Origin: Alphaproteobacteria bacterium
Lineage (GTDB): Bacteria > Pseudomonadota > Alphaproteobacteria > CADEGL01
Assembly: GCA_026400755.1 (NCBI GenBank)
Contig: JAPLOM010000011.1
Location: forward strand, 14,815-78,814
Direction: 5' to 3'
Length of the DNA stretch: 64,000 nucleotides
Made by a program: the position numbers and the translations under genes. Positions 31,196-42,099 of the stretch are shown here, piece by piece (the stretch's first letter is position 1; the number at the start of each line of letters is the position of its first letter). The notes below the pieces were generated by a model. It saw only the letters and a program-made list of their open reading frames with translations. It was not told the DNA's origin and searched no databases.

Positions 31196-31564
31196 TCAGC
31201 TAACCGGAGAAAGCAGGTACCGTACCGCCACCCCCGAATCGGCGCCGACGAATTCGATCAGCAGCATTTCCTTATCGGGGCGATAGCGCCCTGGGCCCAG
31301 TTCGGCCCAGCCCAAACCGGGCAACGTGGCGCGATAGAAGGTGGTCACCGCATCGCGCGTCGTCTGGCCTGCGGCGAAGGCCTCGACGATCCGGCCGGCC
31401 GGATCGTCGAACGTGACACCCGTGTTGGGCAACTCGTTAAGCCCCGGCGCCAGCGGCACATCGCCCATGGTCGACAGGAAGGCTTGCGGGCCTTGCGCCC
31501 ACGCGGCGAAAGACGCCGAGACGAGCCAGATCGCGAACAACGTTCGACCGACGATGCGGGACAT
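31196..31564 (-). CDS. Conserved hypothetical exported protein
   Basis: Signal peptide (AWA), then DVPLAPGL..FDDPAGRIVEA..FYRATLPGLGW; fills the gap after mutM. Confidence 0.75.
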   Translation of the reverse strand: MSRIVGRTLFAIWLVSASFAAWAQGPQAFLSTMGDVPLAPGLNELPNTGVTFDDPAGRIVEAFAAGQTTRDAVTTFYRATLPGLGWAELGPGRYRPDKEMLLIEFVGADSGVAVRYLLSPVS

Positions 31565-31580
31565 GCAGCGGGCTTTTATC

Positions 31581-32414
31581 CTAGCGCTGGCAACGCGGAC
31601 AATAAAATGTCGAGCGGTTCGACTGGACGACACGGCGGATGCGCCCTTCGCAGCCCTTGGTCGAGCAATTCTTGCCCTCGCGGTCATAGACCGCCCAGCG
31701 ATGCTGGAAATAGCCCAGTTCGCCCGAGGCCTGGACGTAATCGCGCAGCGATGAGCCCCCGGCCGCGATGGCGTCCGCCAGGACGGCGCGGATCGCCCCG
31801 ACCAGCTTTTCCGCGCGCGGCCCCTTCACGGTGCCCGCCAGGCGGCGCGGCGACAGGCCGGCGCGGAACAGCGCTTCGCTGACATATATGTTGCCGAGAC
31901 CGGCCACGACGCCCTGATCGAGGAGCGCGGCCTTGAGCGGCGTGCGTTTGCCCTTGAGCGCGGCCGCCAGCACCGCGCCGTCGAAGGTCTCGTCCAGCGG
32001 TTCGGGCCCGAGCGCGCGCAGGAACGGATGAGACGGAAGCTCGGCCTCGGTGGTCAGCGCCATCAGGCCGAAGCGCCGGTGATCGTCGAAGCGCACCTCG
32101 GTGCCGTCGTCCATGACGAAGACGACATGCTCGTGCTTGCCCGGCGGCTCGTTATGGCCCCGCGCATGCAGCACCAGCCTGCCCGACATGCCGAGATGAA
32201 TGAAAAGAACCTGGCCGTCGTCGAGATGGAGCAGGAGATACTTCGCGCGGCGGTCGATGCGGGACAGGCGGCGGCCCTGGACGCGGGCGGCGAAATCGGT
32301 CGGCAGGGGCACGCGCAGATCGGGACGCCGCGCCTCGACCCGCGCAAACCGGCGGCCTTCGATGCGGGCAATCAGCCCGCGACGCACGGTTTCGACCTCG
32401 GGAAGCTCGGGCAT
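31581..32414 (-). CDS. mutM: Formamidopyrimidine-DNA glycosylase
   Basis: [24 protein letters not shown]-terminal Zn finger CPRCQ. Confidence 0.97.
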   Translation of the reverse strand: MPELPEVETVRRGLIARIEGRRFARVEARRPDLRVPLPTDFAARVQGRRLSRIDRRAKYLLLHLDDGQVLFIHLGMSGRLVLHARGHNEPPGKHEHVVFVMDDGTEVRFDDHRRFGLMALTTEAELPSHPFLRALGPEPLDETFDGAVLAAALKGKRTPLKAALLDQGVVAGLGNIYVSEALFRAGLSPRRLAGTVKGPRAEKLVGAIRAVLADAIAAGGSSLRDYVQASGELGYFQHRWAVYDREGKNCSTKGCEGRIRRVVQSNRSTFYCPRCQR

Positions 32415-32464
32415 GGGACGGCTAACCTAGCGCGGGGGGCTACGCCCGCGCTATGGTCCCCGCC

Positions 32465-33283
32465 ATGGCGAGAGCGCGGGAAAACGGACATCCGAACGGC
32501 GCGGAGGAGGTCGATTTCGGCTTCCAGCGCGTGCCCGAACGCGAGAAGGCCGGCCTCGTGCGCGAGGTCTTCGACAACGTCGCGCCGCGCTACGACCTGA
32601 TGAACGACCTGATGTCGCTGGGCGTCCACCGCCTGTGGAAGGACGCCATGGTGGCTGAGCTGGCGCCCCAGCCCGGCATGCAGGTGCTGGACGTGGCCGG
32701 CGGGACGGGCGACATCGCCTTACGGGTGCGTCCGCATGTGACACGCCGGCCCGATCAGGCCGCCAATGACCCGGGCCGGCCGGTTAAGGACGGCGTGGTC
32801 TATGTCTCCGACATCAACCCCGAGATGCTGACCCATGGCCGCGACCGCGCGCTGGACAAGGGCATCGTCGACGGCATCGTGTGGCTGTGCGGTGATGCCG
32901 AGGCGCTGCCGCTCGGCGACATGACGGTGGATGCCGTAACCATCGCCTTCGGCATCCGAAATGTGACCCATCTGGACCGCGCGCTGTCCGAAGCGCGTCG
33001 CGTGCTGCGCCCGGGCGGGCGGTTCCTGTGCCTGGAGTTCAGCCGCGTCTCGCTGCCCTTCGTCGACCAGATCTACGACCGCTATTCCTTTTCAGTGCTG
33101 CCGGCGCTGGGGCGGATGGTGGCCGGAAGCGAGGATGCCTACCGCTATCTGGCCGAAAGCATCCGGCGTTTTCCGCCCCAGGAGGAATTCGCCAGCATGA
33201 TCGCGAAAGCCGGCTTCGACCGCGTGCGCTACCGCAACCTGTCGGCGGGCGTCGCCGCGTTGCACGGCGCCTGGCGGTTTTAG
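32465..33283 (+). CDS. ubiE: Ubiquinone/menaquinone C-methyltransferase
   Basis: YDLMNDLMSLGVHRLWK, LDVAGGTGDIA, YRYLAESIRRFP. Confidence 0.95.
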   Translation: MARARENGHPNGAEEVDFGFQRVPEREKAGLVREVFDNVAPRYDLMNDLMSLGVHRLWKDAMVAELAPQPGMQVLDVAGGTGDIALRVRPHVTRRPDQAANDPGRPVKDGVVYVSDINPEMLTHGRDRALDKGIVDGIVWLCGDAEALPLGDMTVDAVTIAFGIRNVTHLDRALSEARRVLRPGGRFLCLEFSRVSLPFVDQIYDRYSFSVLPALGRMVAGSEDAYRYLAESIRRFPPQEEFASMIAKAGFDRVRYRNLSAGVAALHGAWRF

Positions 33284-33302
33284 GAACGCGCGGACCGATC
33301 CG

Positions 33303-34853
33303 ATGATCCGTGCCGTGCGCCACGTCGTCCGCCTGTTCGGTATCGCCCATCGCCTGGGGCAATACGACGCATTGTTTCTGTTGGAGCGGTTCGGCATCGC
33401 GCCGACCGTGACCGCCGCGGCTGGCCTGTTCGCGCGACGGCCCCGCGGCATCGCCGCCCTGCGCCCCGGCCAGCGCCTCGCGCTGGCGATCCAGGGGCTC
33501 GGCCCCAGCTTCATCAAGTTCGGCCAAATTCTCTCAACCCGCTCGGACCTGTTGGGCGAGGAGATCGCGACCGACCTGGCGGAATTGCAGGACAGTCTGC
33601 CGCCATTCTCCGGCGCCGAAGCGCGCGCCATCATCGCGCGCGAGTTCGGCCGGCCGCTGGAAACCCTGTTCGCGCAGTTCGACGAAGTGCCCGTGGCCGC
33701 CGCCTCGATCGCACAGGTGCACATGGCGGTGACGGCCGACGGGCGCGAGGTCGCGGTCAAGGTTCTGCGCCCCGGTATTGAGGAAGCCTTCACGCGCGAT
33801 CTGGGCCTCTTCTTCTGGCTGGCCACCATCGCCGAGGGCACCGGCCCGCGCATGCGGCGCCTGCGGCCGATCGAGGTGGTGCAGACCATGGCCGACACGG
33901 TGGCCATGGAGATGGACCTTCGCTTCGAAGCCGCGGCGGCGTCGGAGCTGGCCGAGAACTTCAAGGACGATCCGACCTTTCGCGTGCCCAAGATCGATTG
34001 GACGCGCACCTCCAAGCGCGTGCTGACGCTCGAACGCGTCATCGGCATTCCGATCGACGAACGCGAACGCATCGTCGCGGCCGGCCACGATCCGCGCGAT
34101 GTCCTAGCCAAAGCCGGCGCGGCCCTGTTCCACCAGGCGTTCCGCGACGGCTTCTTCCACGCCGATCTGCATCCCGGAAACCTGTTCGTGGACGCGCAGG
34201 GCAACGTGGTCGCGGTCGATTTCGGCATCATGGGACGGCTGGACAAGCACACGCGCAACTATCTGGCCGACATGCTGTTGGGCTTCATGACCGGCGATTA
34301 CCGCGCGGCGGCCGAAGCGCACTTCAAGGCCGGCTATGTCCCCGCGCATAAGTCGGTCACGGCCTTCACCCAGGCCTGCCGCTCGATCGCCGAGCCGATC
34401 CTGGGCCTGCCGCTTCACGAGATTTCCGTCGCGCGCCTTTTGGGTCAGCTGTTTCACGTCGCCGAGACGTTCGAGATGGAGACGCAGCCGCAGCTTCTGT
34501 TGCTGCAAAAATCCATGCTGATCGCGGAGGGTGTGGGCCGGAAGCTGGAGCCTTCGGTCAATATGTGGGAACTGGCGCGACCGCTGATCGAGACCTGGAT
34601 GCGCGAGAATCGGGGACCCCAGGCGCGGCTGCGCGAGGTGGCGACCGAAACGCTGGGCACGCTGGAGCGTCTGCCGACCGTGCTCGCGGACCTCCAAACC
34701 ACGCTGGGCATGCTGTCGAGCGGAGGGCTGCAGCTTCACCCCAACACGGTGCGCGCCCTGACCGAGGCCAGCGGGCGGGACAACAAGGCCTATCTGTGGG
34801 CCCTGTGGGTCGCGGTCGCGCTGATCGCGCTGATCGCCTTCACCCAGGTCTAG
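33303..34853 (+). CDS. ubiB: Ubiquinone biosynthesis kinase-like protein UbiB
   Basis: LGPSFIKFGQ, AAASIAQVH, FFHADLHPGN, DFGIMG, QPQLLLLQK. Confidence 0.96.
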   Translation: MIRAVRHVVRLFGIAHRLGQYDALFLLERFGIAPTVTAAAGLFARRPRGIAALRPGQRLALAIQGLGPSFIKFGQILSTRSDLLGEEIATDLAELQDSLPPFSGAEARAIIAREFGRPLETLFAQFDEVPVAAASIAQVHMAVTADGREVAVKVLRPGIEEAFTRDLGLFFWLATIAEGTGPRMRRLRPIEVVQTMADTVAMEMDLRFEAAAASELAENFKDDPTFRVPKIDWTRTSKRVLTLERVIGIPIDERERIVAAGHDPRDVLAKAGAALFHQAFRDGFFHADLHPGNLFVDAQGNVVAVDFGIMGRLDKHTRNYLADMLLGFMTGDYRAAAEAHFKAGYVPAHKSVTAFTQACRSIAEPILGLPLHEISVARLLGQLFHVAETFEMETQPQLLLLQKSMLIAEGVGRKLEPSVNMWELARPLIETWMRENRGPQARLREVATETLGTLERLPTVLADLQTTLGMLSSGGLQLHPNTVRALTEASGRDNKAYLWALWVAVALIALIAFTQV

Positions 34854-34931
34854 CCGCCCTTGCCAATCCGCGGGCACGGCACTAGCTTCCCTGCAGCCAT
34901 TCTTCTTTGAATTTCCGAGGCTTGCGCGGCG

Positions 34932-36133
34932 ATGCTCCACGGCAAACGCGTGCTTCTGATCGTCTCGGGCGGGATCGCGGCCTATAAGAGCCTCGACCTG
35001 ATCCGGCGCTTGCGCGAACGCGGTGCGGGCGTGCGATGTATCCTGACCGCGGGCGGCGCGCATTTCGTGACGCCCCTGTCCCTCGCCGCCCTGTCGGAAG
35101 ACACCGTCTTCACCGACCTGTTCTCCCTCACGACCGAAAGCGAGATGGGCCATATCCGCCTCTCGCGCGAGGCCGATCTTCTCGTCGTCGCACCCGCCAC
35201 CGCCGACATCCTGGCCAAGATGGCCCATGGCCGCGCCGACGATCTGGCCACGACCGCCCTTCTCGCCACCGACAAGCCCGTCTTGATCGCGCCCGCGATG
35301 AACGTGCGCATGTGGAACCACACCGCGACGCAGGACAATCTGCGCACACTCGAAGCACGCGGCGTCCTGCGCGTGGGGCCGGTCGAAGGCAACATGGCCT
35401 GCGGCGAATACGGGCCCGGCCGCATGTCGGACGTGATGGAGATCGTGGCCGCGGTCGAAGGCTTCTTCGCCGACCGCTCGCCGCTGGCAGGCAAGCGCGC
35501 GCTGGTGACCAGCGGCCCGACCCACGAGCCGATCGATCCCGTCCGCTATATCGCCAACCGCGCTTCGGGCAAGCAGGGCCACGCCATCGCCGCCGCCCTG
35601 GCGCGCGCGGGTGCGGCGACCACGCTGGTCACGGGCCCCACCCACGAACCCGATCCCGCCGGCGTCGCCGTCGTGCGCATCGAATCGGCGGCCGAGATGC
35701 TGGCCGCCTGCAAGGCCGCGTTGCCGGCCGACGTGGCCGTGTTCGCCGCCGCCGTGTCCGACTGGCGCATCGCCGCGCAAGCCGGCCAGAAGATCAAGAA
35801 GAGCGCGGGTGCGCCGCCCAAGCTGGAACTGGCCGAGAATCCCGACATCCTGGCCACGCTGGCGGCACCCGGAAATCTGCGGCCGCGCCTGGTCATCGGC
35901 TTCGCCGCCGAGACCGAAAAGGTGATCGAGAACGCCACGGCCAAGCTGAAGAAGAAGGGTTGCGATTGGATCGTGGCCAACGACGTTTCGCCCAACACGG
36001 GCACCTTCGGCGGCACCGACAACACGGTGCATCTGGTGACCGGCAAGGGCGTCGAGGACTGGCCGCCCATGAGCAAGACCGACGTGGCCGCGCGGCTGAT
36101 CGAGCGCATCGGCATGGCATTGGCGGGCGGCGC

Positions 36134-36137
<4 letters not shown>
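34932..36137 (+). CDS. coaBC: Phosphopantothenoylcysteine decarboxylase/ligase
   Basis: [40 protein letters not shown]. Confidence 0.97.
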
Positions 36138-36592
<455 letters not shown>

Positions 36593-36593
36593 G

Positions 36594-37382
36594 ATGGCGC
36601 CGCGCGCCAAGCCCGCGCCGGACGAGATCAGCGACGCGCAGCTTCTTCGCTATGCCCGCCATGTCGTGCTCGACGAGATCAGCGAGGAAGGCCAAGCGCG
36701 CCTGTTGGCCGCGCGCGTCCTCGTGGTTGGCGCGGGCGGGTTGGGCTCGCCCCTTCTTCTCTATCTGGCCGCGGCCGGCGTGGGCCGCTTGCGCGTGGTC
36801 GACGACGACACGGTCGACCTGACCAACCTCCAGCGCCAGGTCATCCACACCACCGCTCGGATCGGCGCGCCGAAAGCCGACAGCGCGCGCGAAGCCGTCT
36901 TGGCCCTGAACCCCGAGGTGCGCGTCGAGGCCCATTCCGCGCGCCTGACGGAAGAGAACGCGGCCTCGTTGGTCGCCGGTTGCGACGTCGTGGCCGACGG
37001 GACCGACAATTTCGCCGCGCGCTTCATCCTGTCCGACGCCTGCGCCGCCGCGCACGTGCCGCTGGTCTCGGCCGCGTTGCAGCGTTTCGAAGGCCAGATC
37101 ACGACCTTCCGTCCTTGGCTTGGCGGACCCTGCTATCGCTGCCTGTTCCCCGAACCGCCGCCCGAGGACCTGATCCCGCGCTGCGAGGAGGCCGGCATCC
37201 TGGGCGCCGTGGCCGGCGTGCTGGGCACCTTGCAGGCGACCGAAGTGATCAAGGAGATCCTGGGCTTGGGCGAAAGCCTGGACGGAACGTTGTTGTTCTA
37301 TGACGCCCTGGCGACGTCATTCCGGCGCATCGCGATCCGGAAGAATCCGGCCTGCCTGGCCTGCGGCCAGGCCGCCCGCTAG
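36594..37382 (+). CDS. moeB: MoeB/ThiF-family adenylyltransferase
   Basis: RYARH, VGAGGLGSP, NLQRQ, PCYRCLFP, C-terminal CLAC. Confidence 0.9.
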   Translation: MAPRAKPAPDEISDAQLLRYARHVVLDEISEEGQARLLAARVLVVGAGGLGSPLLLYLAAAGVGRLRVVDDDTVDLTNLQRQVIHTTARIGAPKADSAREAVLALNPEVRVEAHSARLTEENAASLVAGCDVVADGTDNFAARFILSDACAAAHVPLVSAALQRFEGQITTFRPWLGGPCYRCLFPEPPPEDLIPRCEEAGILGAVAGVLGTLQATEVIKEILGLGESLDGTLLFYDALATSFRRIAIRKNPACLACGQAAR

Positions 37383-38365
37383 AACTCGGTTTCCAGCACC
37401 CGGTCGGGCGGCGCATGGCCGTCGCAGAAGGTGCGGATGTTGATCAGCACCTTTTCGCCCATGTCGATGCGACCCTCGATCGTGGCCGAGCCCATGTGGG
37501 GCAGCACGACGGCGCTGGGCAACTCCAACAGCTTCGGGTTAATCGCGGGTTCGTGCTCGAAGACGTCGAGCCCTGCTCCAGCCAGCTCGCCCGCCGCCAG
37601 CATCTGCGCCAGCGCGGCTTCGTCGATCACCTCGCCGCGCGAGGTGTTGACGATATAGGCGTGGGTGCGCAGGAGCTTCATCCGCCGGGCCGAGAGAAGG
37701 TGATAGGTCGCCGGCGTGTGCGGACAGTTCACCGAGACGATATCCATGTGGGCCAGCATCTGGTCGAGGCTTTCCCAATAGGTGGCCTCGAGCTGGGTCT
37801 CGAGCGCGGCATGAACGCGGCGGCGGTTGTGATAGTGGATCGAAAGCCCGAAGCCGCGCGCCCGGCGGGCGACCGCGGTGCCGATACGGCCCATGCCGAT
37901 GATGCCGAGGCGCTTGCCCCACAAACGATGACCCAGCATGGCCATGGGGCTCCACCCGGTCCATTTGCCGGCGCGCGCCAGATGCTCGCCCTCGGTCACG
38001 CGCCGCACCACGGCCAGGATCAGGGCCATGGTCATGTCGGCCGTGTCTTCGGTCAGAACGCCGGGTGTGTTCGTGACGGCGACGCCGCGCTCACGCGCGG
38101 CCGCCAGGTCGATATGGTCGACGCCGGTGCCGAAGGAGGCGATCAGCTTGAACTGGGGGCTGCCCTGGGTGATGACCTCGCGGTCGATCCGGTCGGTGAC
38201 CGTAGGCACCAGGACGTCCGCGTGTTTCACGGCCTCAATCAGCTCGGCCCGCGTCATGGGCTTGTCGTCGCGATTGAGGCGGGTGTCGAACAGCTCCATC
38301 ATCCGGGTCTCGATGACCTCGGGAAGCTTGCGGGTAACGACGACGACAGGTTTGCGTTGCGCCAT
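37379..38365 (-). CDS. D-2-hydroxyacid dehydrogenase (glyoxylate/D-glycerate reductase family)
   Basis: TNTPGVLTEDTAD, GIIGMGRIG, NTSRG, GLDVFEHEP, LPHMGSAT. Confidence 0.95.
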   Translation of the reverse strand: MAQRKPVVVVTRKLPEVIETRMMELFDTRLNRDDKPMTRAELIEAVKHADVLVPTVTDRIDREVITQGSPQFKLIASFGTGVDHIDLAAARERGVAVTNTPGVLTEDTADMTMALILAVVRRVTEGEHLARAGKWTGWSPMAMLGHRLWGKRLGIIGMGRIGTAVARRARGFGLSIHYHNRRRVHAALETQLEATYWESLDQMLAHMDIVSVNCPHTPATYHLLSARRMKLLRTHAYIVNTSRGEVIDEAALAQMLAAGELAGAGLDVFEHEPAINPKLLELPSAVVLPHMGSATIEGRIDMGEKVLINIRTFCDGHAPPDRVLETEF

Positions 38366-38502
38366 GATCCGGTTCGGCAGCGAGACGGCGCACGTGCCAT
38401 AGCAGGGTGTCCGCCCCCTTGTCCAGGAAGCGGAGGCGCTTGACCGGCCGGAACGGCGCGGTCCAAATAGCGAGGCGAAGGGGACGGGGCGTGGCCACGA
38501 CG

Positions 38503-39036
38503 ATGCGTTATCGGAACATCTTATCCGCGCTGTTTATGGCGCTGGCGCTGTGCGCCGGTTCCGCCGCCTTCGCCGCCTTCGCCGTGGCGCCTTCGGAGAC
38601 GGAAGGTTCGGACAAGGGCGCAAGCGGCCTGCCGATCCCGCGTTTCGTCTCCTTACGCGCCGACGAAGTCAAGCTGCGCACGGGTCCCGGCGTCCGTTAT
38701 CCGGTCGATTGGGTCGTGCAGCGCCGCGGCCTGCCTGTCGAGGTGGTGGCCGAGTTCGAGGCGTGGCGGAAAATCCGCGACCAGGAAGGCGTCGAGGGTT
38801 GGGTCAACAAGGCCATGCTGTCGGGCCGCCGCACCATCCTGGTCACGGGCGATATCCGCACCATCCGCCGCAGCCGATCGGCCGATGCGCCCGCGGTGGC
38901 GCGCGTCGAGCCCGGCGTCGTCGCGCGCCTGGTCAAATGCGACGACAGTTGGTGCAAGGTGGAAATCGAAAGCTACGAGGGCTGGCTGCAGCGCAGCGAG
39001 CTGTGGGGCCTCTACCCCAATGAAAAGGTCGAATAA
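38503..39036 (+). CDS. Exported SH3-domain protein
   Basis: Signal peptide, SGLPIPRFVSL, LRTGPG, two SH3_4-like modules, LWGLYP end. Confidence 0.9.
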   Translation: MRYRNILSALFMALALCAGSAAFAAFAVAPSETEGSDKGASGLPIPRFVSLRADEVKLRTGPGVRYPVDWVVQRRGLPVEVVAEFEAWRKIRDQEGVEGWVNKAMLSGRRTILVTGDIRTIRRSRSADAPAVARVEPGVVARLVKCDDSWCKVEIESYEGWLQRSELWGLYPNEKVE

Positions 39037-39042
39037 AGACCT

Positions 39043-39630
39043 TTAGGCGAAGTCGCCCGCCAGCGCCTGGCGGGTGGCATCCGGCATCACCGACATATGA
39101 CCGTAGTTGGGATGGGTGAAGCCCAGCACGACGCGCGCGCCGTCCTTGCGGAACGATGCGGCCTGCTCCGCCGTGAACGGAAAGTGGATGAACTGGACCG
39201 AGGACGCCTTGCCTTCCTCGTTGGTGCGCTCGGCGTCGGCTTCAGCCACACCTTGCATCCGCACACCGTCGACCTCGATGAAGGCCGTGTTTTCGACGCC
39301 GCCCAGTTGCGCCAACACGCGCGCGCGGCGCGCGGGGTCGTCGATTTCGAACATGACCGTCGCCACCAGCTCGCGCCCGTTGGGAATCAGCGGATTATAG
39401 GCGGCCAACTCGTCGGGGATCTGCGCTTCGCCACCCTTCTCGATGAAGAGCATCTCGTGGATCTGATTCAGCATGGTTTCGTAGGACTCGAAATAGAACG
39501 TCGCGACAGGGCCGACGTCCATCCGGCGCGCACGTTTGTAAGCTGACATTTCGCGCCGGCGCTCGCCGCGGATCTTGCCGTATTCGGCCACCGGCATAAG
39601 GTCGGCGCGCGTGATCTCCCGCTTGGCCAT
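39043..39630 (-). CDS. DUF3501 family protein
   Basis: FESYETMLNQIHEMLFIEKGG, ELAAYNPLIP, KASSVQF, HPNYGH. Confidence 0.9.
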   Translation of the reverse strand: MAKREITRADLMPVAEYGKIRGERRREMSAYKRARRMDVGPVATFYFESYETMLNQIHEMLFIEKGGEAQIPDELAAYNPLIPNGRELVATVMFEIDDPARRARVLAQLGGVENTAFIEVDGVRMQGVAEADAERTNEEGKASSVQFIHFPFTAEQAASFRKDGARVVLGFTHPNYGHMSVMPDATRQALAGDFA

Positions 39631-40988
39631 CAGCCACGCTCCGCCGCTAGAAACCCATAGGCCTTGGCGAACAGCTCGATCGGATGGAGCGTGCGTTCAG
39701 GCGGCGTCGCCTTGGCATCGCCGCCCAGCCTCTCCACACCCTGGCGGATATGGTGGGCGGCCAGCGGACATTCGGAGGCCAGATAAGCCTTGTCCGCGCC
39801 GGCCGCTTGTCGCGCCACGGGTTTGCCGACCTTGAGCGCCACGGGAAAATTCTCCTTTCGCACACCCCACGCGCCACCATGGCCCGAACAGCGTTCGATC
39901 ACGGCCACGTCGGCATCGGGGATGAAGGACAGCATCTCGGCCGCCTTGCGGCCCACATTCTGCGCCCGCGCGTGGCAGGCGATATGGAGCGCCACGCCGC
40001 CATCGAGCGCTTTAAGACCGGGCGCCAGCCCTTCCTTGTTGGCGATCTCGACGATGTACTCGGAGGCGTCGTAGGTGGCGTCCGCCAGATGCTTCACAGC
40101 CGCATTGTCCGGCACGATCAAAGGCCACTCGAACTTCAGCATCAAGGCGCAAGACGGCACCAGCGCGACGACGTCATAGCCCCTGTCGATATAGGGCGCG
40201 AGCGCTGCGGCCACTTCCGCGGCGCCATCGGCCACGCGGGCGATGTCGCCCTGCTCCAACTGCGGCATGCCGCAGCAGCGCGGATAGAGCACTTCCGTCT
40301 CGACGCCGTTATGCGCGAGAACCGCGCGCGCGGCCAAGCCGATCGAGGTCTCGTTGAAGTTGGCGAAGCAGGTGGCGTACAGCACGGCCTTGCGCCCGAA
40401 GGCAGGTGCGTCCCGGTTCACCGGCGGCGCGGTCTTGGCCTCGCGCATCAGCGTCTTGGGCGCGTATTCGGGCAGTTCGGCGTCCTTGTGGACGCCCGCG
40501 ACTTTTTCCAACAGCGGCCGGGTCAGGTTGTTCTTCAAACCCGACGCCCAATTGGCCAAGCCCGACGTGTGGCAACCGACATGGCCGTTACGGTCGGTTT
40601 CCGTCAGCTGCTTCTCGAAGAAGCCGACCTTGCCCTTTTTCTGCTCGACCGCGCGGTAACGCAGCATGAGATGCGGGAAGTCGAGATTGAATTCGTGGGG
40701 CGGAACATAGGGGCACTTGGTCAGGAAGCACATGTCGCAGAGCGTGCAGGCGTCGACGACTGGTTTGAAATCCTCGCTCTTAACCGTATCCAACTCGCCC
40801 GACTCCGAACCATCGATCAGGTCGAACAGGCGCGGAAAGGAATCGCACAGATTGAAGCAGCGACGGCAGCCGTGGCAGATGTCGAAGACGCGGCGCAACT
40901 CCGCATCCAGTTTCGCTTCGTCGTAGAAGTCGGGATCCTGCCACGCGATCGGATGGCGTGTGGGCGCCTCGAGGCTGCCTTCGCGCAT
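39630..40988 (-). CDS. Rubrerythrin-associated Fe-S oxidoreductase (HdrD/GlpC-like)
   Basis: CHGCRRCFNLC, CTLCDMCFLTKCPY, CCGMP, CSGHGG, SECPLA. Confidence 0.92.
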   Translation of the reverse strand: MREGSLEAPTRHPIAWQDPDFYDEAKLDAELRRVFDICHGCRRCFNLCDSFPRLFDLIDGSESGELDTVKSEDFKPVVDACTLCDMCFLTKCPYVPPHEFNLDFPHLMLRYRAVEQKKGKVGFFEKQLTETDRNGHVGCHTSGLANWASGLKNNLTRPLLEKVAGVHKDAELPEYAPKTLMREAKTAPPVNRDAPAFGRKAVLYATCFANFNETSIGLAARAVLAHNGVETEVLYPRCCGMPQLEQGDIARVADGAAEVAAALAPYIDRGYDVVALVPSCALMLKFEWPLIVPDNAAVKHLADATYDASEYIVEIANKEGLAPGLKALDGGVALHIACHARAQNVGRKAAEMLSFIPDADVAVIERCSGHGGAWGVRKENFPVALKVGKPVARQAAGADKAYLASECPLAAHHIRQGVERLGGDAKATPPERTLHPIELFAKAYGFLAAERG

Positions 40989-41043
40989 GCTCGCACCTGT
41001 TCAACGAGTGTCGCCCGCAAGCGGGCGCAACGGAAAAGAGGCC

Positions 41044-41072
41044 GGCGCGGATGCCCGAAGGCGATCCGCGCC
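41044..41072 (-). terminator. Hairpin with UUCG loop between rubrerythrin and the Fe-S oxidoreductase
   Basis: GGCGCGGATCGCC-TTCG-GGCATCCGCGCC then GGCCTCTTTT; terminator or mRNA stabiliser. Confidence 0.55.
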
Positions 41073-41097
41073 GCGAACCCGTAAGGGGCCGTTAAGC

Positions 41098-41520
41098 CTA
41101 CTTCAGTTCGTTGAGAGCCTTCTGGAAGCGGCCGGCGTGGGACTTCTCGGCCTTCGCCAGTGTCTCGAACCAGTCGGCGATCTCGTCGAAGCCTTCCTCA
41201 CGCGCGGTACGGGCCATGCCCGGGTACATGTCGGTGTACTCGTGCGTCTCGCCCGCGACGGCGGCGGCCAGATTGTTCGAGGTGGAGCCGATCGGCTTGC
41301 CCGTGGCAGGATCACCCACGATCTCAAGGAACTCGAGATGGCCGTGCGCGTGGCCCGTCTCGCCTTCCGCGGTGGAACGGAACACCGCGGCCACGTCGTT
41401 ATAGCCCTCGACGTCAGCCTTCTGAGCGAAATAAAGATAACGACGGTTGGCCTGGGACTCGCCCGCGAAGGCGGCCTTCAAGTTGCCTTCCGTCTGACTG
41501 CCTTTGAGTTGCTTCGCCAT
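41098..41520 (-). CDS. rbr: Rubrerythrin (short aerobic type, no rubredoxin domain)
   Basis: [38 protein letters not shown]; GGAGGA SD. Confidence 0.95.
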   Translation of the reverse strand: MAKQLKGSQTEGNLKAAFAGESQANRRYLYFAQKADVEGYNDVAAVFRSTAEGETGHAHGHLEFLEIVGDPATGKPIGSTSNNLAAAVAGETHEYTDMYPGMARTAREEGFDEIADWFETLAKAEKSHAGRFQKALNELK

Positions 41521-41649
41521 GGTGTCCTCCCTTTGCAAAGCGGTGGTCATCGTCACGCCGTGGTCCAGGCCCCCTGCTGAGCCCGGGAGTCGCCGAAGCA
41601 ACTCCAGCGTCCCTTAAAGGGTGTCTCTCTCCAAAGCTTTTGTCAATAT

Positions 41650-41666
41650 TCTATAATAATTCTAAT
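41650..41666. promoter_or_regulatory. Iron control element (ICE/Irr box) beside the -35 of the rbr promoter
   Basis: ATTAGAA-TTA-TTATAGA (minus) versus ICE TTTAGAA-N3-TTCTAAA; TTGACA (minus) at 41641-41646. Confidence 0.7.
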
Positions 41667-41671
41667 GAAGC

Positions 41672-42047
41672 TCAGACGTCGTCGCGCGGTGCGATCCGGC
41701 GCACACGCACGACCACGTCGACGCTGTCGACGACAGTGCCGGGGGGCGTCTCGGGCAGACCCGACAGCGCGACCTGATGGCCGGGGATATCGAGCAACTG
41801 CCCATCCGCCTACCACGACCTCACGCAGAAGGCCGGCGTCAGTGAACTGATGCAGGCTGTTGTAGACGGTGGCCAGTGAGACGCGGATGCCTTCGCCGGT
41901 GGCTTCGGCATGAAGCTGTTCGGCCGTCACATGCCGATCGCCCTTGCCGAACAGAAGCCGCGCCAAGGCCAAGCGCTGGCGCGTGGGCCTCAGGCCCGCT
42001 GCGCGCAGGCGGCCGATGCTTTCGGTATAGGGGCGCGTCCGGCTCAT
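41672..42047 (-). pseudogene. irr: Iron response regulator Irr (Fur family), frameshifted by an internal deletion
   Basis: N-half GLRPTRQR...SLATVYNSLHQF..AGLLREVVV; C-half ADGQLLDIPGHQV..LPETPPGTVVDSVDVVVRVRR in another frame after 41810; the YFDTN..HHHF segment is absent; span 376 bp is not a multiple of 3. Confidence 0.85.
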
Positions 42048-42099
42048 GAAACGGATATAGCGACCTTTGGCGCTGATTTCCAGATCAACTCCAAGCTAC

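Noticed and set aside
38562-38583. Short tandem repeat GCCGCCTTC x2 in the SH3 gene signal peptide
   Set aside because: Only two in-frame copies (AAF AAF); too short to imply phase variation.
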